Part shown: positions 60,212 to 64,000 of the stretch, piece by piece | Layout: each line of letters begins with the position of its first letter | Position numbering within the stretch: the stretch's first letter is position 1 | Source of the DNA: an uncultured delta proteobacterium | GTDB lineage: Bacteria; Desulfobacterota; RBG-13-43-22 | Direction: 5' to 3' | DNA length: 64,000 nucleotides | Assembly: GCA_963843145.1 (NCBI GenBank) | Contig: CAWJJC010000002.1 | Coordinates: forward strand, 96,001-160,000 | Notes under the pieces: model-generated | What the model was told of the DNA's origin: nothing | Seen by the model: the letters and a program-made list of their open reading frames with translations, nothing else | Databases searched by the model: none | Position numbers and translations under genes: made by a program

Positions 60212-61381
60212 CTAATTCTCTGAAAATTGGGTGTAGAGTTCTCGGGCTAAGGCCCGCAGCCCTTCATCCGCCTTCCCGCCGCTGATGTTGGTGGCGGTGA
60301 CGATGGCCAAATCGCGGTTGCGGTCGATCCAGATGTGGGCCAGGTTCATGCCGTTCGAGCCGCCGTGATACAGCAGCGGACCGGGCGCCCAGGGGACGGT
60401 GAGTTCTCCCCAGCCCAGGGCATACCGGCCCTGGGCTGGCGTGCCGGGCGCGGCCTCCTTTTTCTCCGCCATGGTGATGACCGGCGTATGGAGCCGGCGC
60501 AGGGTTTCCGGCCTGACCAGCTTCGGTTCCCGCTTTCCCTCGCCGGCGTTCCAGCCGGCCCAGCGGGCGAAGTCCAGGATCGACATATGGGCGATCCCGG
60601 CCGGACCGATAATGGCCGGGTTATCGCCGTTCGGGCCGGCGAGGAAGGCTTTCACCTTCCCATTGATCAGGGCATGACCCAGGGGAGCATCTATCCGACC
60701 GAGGGAGGCCTGGGAACCGAGGCCGGCTGTTTTTAAATTCAGCGGCCTGAAGATCTGCTCGGTAATCAACTCATCCCAGGTCTTCTTGCTGACCCGTTCG
60801 ATCATGGCCCCCACAATCGTGTAGCCCATGTTCGAATAGGTAAAAGTAGTACCCGGTTTGGAGGCCAGCGGCAACCGACTCCAGCGGCCAACCAGCCAAT
60901 AACGTAGTTCATCCAGGTTTCCCTCCTGGGAGATCGATTCTTTGAGCAAATTTCCAAAGGTTTCGTTGTCAACCGGCAGGCCGCCGGTGTGGGAAAGAAG
61001 CTGGGCGAGGGTCACCTTCCGGAACCCCGGGTCCATCGTTTCCGCCAATTCGGGAAAGACACCGGCCGTGGTGGAATCCCAATGAAGCTTTCCCTCTTCC
61101 ACCAGCCGGGCCGCCAGCAGGGCGGTCATGGCCTTGGTATCCGAACCCAGATGGAAGCGGTCGTTTATGGTCACCGGAATATTCATCCCGGCCCGGCGTG
61201 TCCCCACCGCCCCGGCGGCCAGGATTTCTCCGTTCTTAACCACGGCCGCGGCCAGGGCCGGCAGGTCGTACCGGGAGAGGTATGGGGTGAGCGTCGTGTC
61301 GAGGGATGTTTGCGCCGGCAGAGGCCAGGGAACCGGTAAGATGAGAAGCAGGGTGAACAAAATCAATCGAAGGCATTTCAT
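60212..61381 (-). CDS. Beta-lactamase-related serine hydrolase
   Basis: Signal peptide, F.LGSDTK (SxxK), LLSHTGG, YSN, HGGSNG. Confidence 0.92.
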   Translation of the reverse strand: MKCLRLILFTLLLILPVPWPLPAQTSLDTTLTPYLSRYDLPALAAAVVKNGEILAAGAVGTRRAGMNIPVTINDRFHLGSDTKAMTALLAARLVEEGKLHWDSTTAGVFPELAETMDPGFRKVTLAQLLSHTGGLPVDNETFGNLLKESISQEGNLDELRYWLVGRWSRLPLASKPGTTFTYSNMGYTIVGAMIERVSKKTWDELITEQIFRPLNLKTAGLGSQASLGRIDAPLGHALINGKVKAFLAGPNGDNPAIIGPAGIAHMSILDFARWAGWNAGEGKREPKLVRPETLRRLHTPVITMAEKKEAAPGTPAQGRYALGWGELTVPWAPGPLLYHGGSNGMNLAHIWIDRNRDLAIVTATNISGGKADEGLRALARELYTQFSEN

Positions 61382-61401
61382 TTTAGTTCTAACTCCATTC
61401 A

Positions 61402-61878
61402 TTATTGACTCAGCGCTTTGATCAGGTGGGGAAGCAGAAAACCGATCAAAAACAAGGCCATGACCGGACGCAGTAAGTTGACCGTTTTCAGGTTCCTTTC
61501 CCTGATGGCGGTGGCGGCATGATTGGCCGCCGAAAAAGTGAAGAACAGCAACATGGCGGTGACGATGGTAGCCTCCGCATAGCGTCCCCAATCCAGCAGA
61601 TAAACGAGCAAAGCCGTGATGGCTGTGGCCGCATTGGCCAGACCCGATTGAATTTGATAGGCCCGATTGGGTTTATAGCCAATCTTTTCGGAGGCGGCTT
61701 CCCCTAAGAACAGGGATTCAAAGGCCACTGTGCCGGACATGAACATGACGATGAAGGGCCCGATAATGTGAAATCGGGCTATCGCGTCCCGCCCCCAATA
61801 GTAGGCGAAAAAAATGGCCAGCCCGATGCCGGCCGGCCGGAGCCACTCCATCAGCATTGCCAGGTTTTTCTTAGTCAT
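61402..61878 (-). CDS. Hypothetical membrane protein
   Basis: 158-aa multi-TM ORF co-oriented with the hydrolase. Confidence 0.7.
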   Translation of the reverse strand: MTKKNLAMLMEWLRPAGIGLAIFFAYYWGRDAIARFHIIGPFIVMFMSGTVAFESLFLGEAASEKIGYKPNRAYQIQSGLANAATAITALLVYLLDWGRYAEATIVTAMLLFFTFSAANHAATAIRERNLKTVNLLRPVMALFLIGFLLPHLIKALSQ

Positions 61879-62228
61879 TCCGCTTCGCTTTCTCGATCAT
61901 CGCTACCCTTTAGTAATTTATGTTGTTAGACCCGGTCTCGTCTTCCAAATTTATCTTATCCTACTTAAACCATTTTTTATGTCAACAACGGAAGAGGGTT
62001 TGCCCGTTCCGCAAAGATTTTCTTGCCTTGCCTTTGAGCAAGCAAGAAGGTAAGATTTTTCCCGAGATTAATCCGAGGATTCAGCGCCACCATTTAAACA
62101 AAGGGAACTTTAAATTCGAAATCCGGACTTCGAATTCAATCCAATAGTTCAAACAAGCCGGAATCTTAAAAAGGCTCTAATTGAAACCCAGGCGGACCTA
62201 TAGCCACCAGTCGAAATAACCCTCAAAA

Positions 62229-64000
62229 ATGATTTCATCGGATCTGGAAGTCCTCTCCGAAGAGGCGAAAAAAAAATCTTCCCGTTCTCTGCCCACTGCA
62301 ACGATAGCAGGCCTTCTGTTGGCGACAGTCCTGCTGATCCTGCTGTCGGTCGGGGTGGAAAAGAAGACCGTTCTCCTCTGGCAAATCGGGAAGCCGGATC
62401 AAGACAACCGGGAATTCGCGCTGGCCGCCAAGGATTACGGCCGTTATCAGGAAGACGGGCTATTTGTCGTCGGCCAGTCCGACAGCCGGACCGACTGGCC
62501 TTATGTCCAGCCCGGTCCCGGAGACGATTTCGGGGGAAGGCACCCCCACACGTTTTCCATCTGGTTTGGCGTCAAGAATCCGGAGGCGGCGGGTTCGTGT
62601 AAACTCAAGTTCAGGTTGCTGGACCGGGCGAGGGTCAACCCGCCGAGGCTCCGGGTGGAAATTAATGGCTGGGGTTATGAAATCCTCCTGCCTCCCGGCG
62701 CCGGAGACCTGTCCATCAACGGCCGGCCCGAGCAGGGTTATCTTTACCTGTTTGAAATCCCCTTTGCTGCCGGCCGGCTTCAAGTCGGCGACAATGTCAT
62801 TCGGATCACCACGGTCTCCGGGAGTTGGTTGCTCTATGACTGGATCGGGTTGGAGGCGTCCCCGCAACTCCAATCCATCCCGGTGGCCAACCGCACCTGG
62901 ATTAAGGCGGTCCAGCCCCTGCCCGTCCTGCAGGAACGGAACGGCCGGTCCTGGCAACGGATCCGTCTTCAGGTCCGGCATTTCGGTAATCCCCTGGAGA
63001 CCCTCATCCGGGTGGAGGGAAACGAACCCCAAGCGGCATTGTTCCGGAAGGTGTCCGAAACGGTAGAAGTGCCGGTCGCGGCCGTCAAACGGGAAACGAG
63101 TCTGCGGGTGGGTATCGAAGCCGCCGGACGGCTGTTAGCTACGGCCGGGGTGATCCTGAAACCGGTTCGCCCGCTGACGATTTACCTTCTGCCCCATTCC
63201 CATACCGATATCGGCTATACCGCCCTTCAGACCGAGATCGAAGCTCGACAGGTGAACAACCTCCGTCAGGGGATGGAAACCGCGCGAAAAACAGCCTCCT
63301 ATCCTCCCGGTGCCCGGTTCATCTGGAATGTGGAGGTCCTCTGGGCCGCGGATTTGTATCTCCGCCGGATGAATTTCTCCCAAAAGGCTGCTTTTGAGGA
63401 AGCGGTCAGGAAAGGGCAGGTGGCCCTCAACGGGATGTACCTGAACGAATTGACCGGGCTCTGCCGACCGGAGGAACTGCTGCGGCTGTTTCGCTTTTCC
63501 ACCCAATTGGCCGCCCGCTGCGGCGTTCGGATTGATTCGGCCATGACCAGCGATGTCCCCGGTCAAACCTGGGGAACGGTAACCGCCATGGCTCAGGCCG
63601 GCATCAAGTATTTTTCCACGGCCCCCAACTATTTCGACCGCATCGGGAATATTTTGGAGCAGTGGGAAGACCGCCCCTTCTATTGGGTTTCCCCCTCGGG
63701 GAAGGAGAAGGTCCTGGTCTGGATCCCCTATGAGGGCTATGCCCTATCCCACCTGGAAGAAAAAATGAGCCCGAAATTTGTCGAGAGGTATCTGGCTCAT
63801 CTGGAAAAAACGGGCTATCCTTATGAACTGGCCCACTTGCGCTGGAGCGGGCTGGGCGATAACGCTCCCCCCGACGCCTCCATCTGCGATTTTGTGAAAG
63901 ACTGGAATGCCAGGAACACCTGGCCCCGATTCGTTATCGCCTCAACCCGGGAGGCCTTTAAGAACTTTGAGCGGCGCTACGGCAACCAAATCCCTCGACT
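62229..64000 (+). CDS. GH38-like glycoside hydrolase with N-terminal carbohydrate-binding-like domain, runs off the window end
   Basis: Frame read by hand: WQIGKPD..N.EFALA, then IYLLPHSHTDIGYT, SDVPG.TWG, PFYW..PSG. Confidence 0.8.
   Translation, partial: MISSDLEVLSEEAKKKSSRSLPTATIAGLLLATVLLILLSVGVEKKTVLLWQIGKPDQDNREFALAAKDYGRYQEDGLFVVGQSDSRTDWPYVQPGPGDDFGGRHPHTFSIWFGVKNPEAAGSCKLKFRLLDRARVNPPRLRVEINGWGYEILLPPGAGDLSINGRPEQGYLYLFEIPFAAGRLQVGDNVIRITTVSGSWLLYDWIGLEASPQLQSIPVANRTWIKAVQPLPVLQERNGRSWQRIRLQVRHFGNPLETLIRVEGNEPQAALFRKVSETVEVPVAAVKRETSLRVGIEAAGRLLATAGVILKPVRPLTIYLLPHSHTDIGYTALQTEIEARQVNNLRQGMETARKTASYPPGARFIWNVEVLWAADLYLRRMNFSQKAAFEEAVRKGQVALNGMYLNELTGLCRPEELLRLFRFSTQLAARCGVRIDSAMTSDVPGQTWGTVTAMAQAGIKYFSTAPNYFDRIGNILEQWEDRPFYWVSPSGKEKVLVWIPYEGYALSHLEEKMSPKFVERYLAHLEKTGYPYELAHLRWSGLGDNAPPDASICDFVKDWNARNTWPRFVIASTREAFKNFERRYGNQIPR

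Noticed and set aside
1-64000. tRNA, rRNA or prophage genes
   Set aside because: None recognised by eye; the island does not appear to be tRNA-anchored (tRNAscan-SE would confirm).

Overview
Chromosomal window from a GC-rich bacterium, most likely Desulfobacterota/Deltaproteobacteria (inferred from the PxxKW small protein, pilB-pilC-pilS, tungsten-type AOR and rubrerythrin). Housekeeping blocks: peptide ABC transporter, xseA-xseB-ispA-dxs-tlyA-aminotransferase, type IV pilus genes, pcm, a stand-alone trpD divergent from a complete aro/pheA/tyrA operon, modA, acyl-CoA genes, AOR and a partial GH38 gene. The main observation is a 16.3-kb accessory island (19667-35967) built as a regular array of five unrelated, co-oriented cargo modules. 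Each module starts with a conserved left end (CTTCCTGWA plus an internal box about 40-60 nt inside) and stops with a conserved right end (a similar box plus WGTAGGTG). Modules are separated either by 52-53 nt spacers or by a ~1.13-kb unit encoding a non-IntI tyrosine recombinase (two close copies). This looks like an integron-analogous cassette system with its own site architecture. Cargo includes three secreted proteins sharing a C-terminal [YF]LPLI tail, a DUF1566 gene with a DGR-like variable region, a cyclase-ATPase-TPR protein and a protease. Also notable are a mirror-image divergent promoter region with Trp-sensing and Phe/Tyr/Trp-sensing leader peptides and a third internal attenuator. 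Many frameshifts may be sequencing indels. All alignments were done by eye and no database searches were run.
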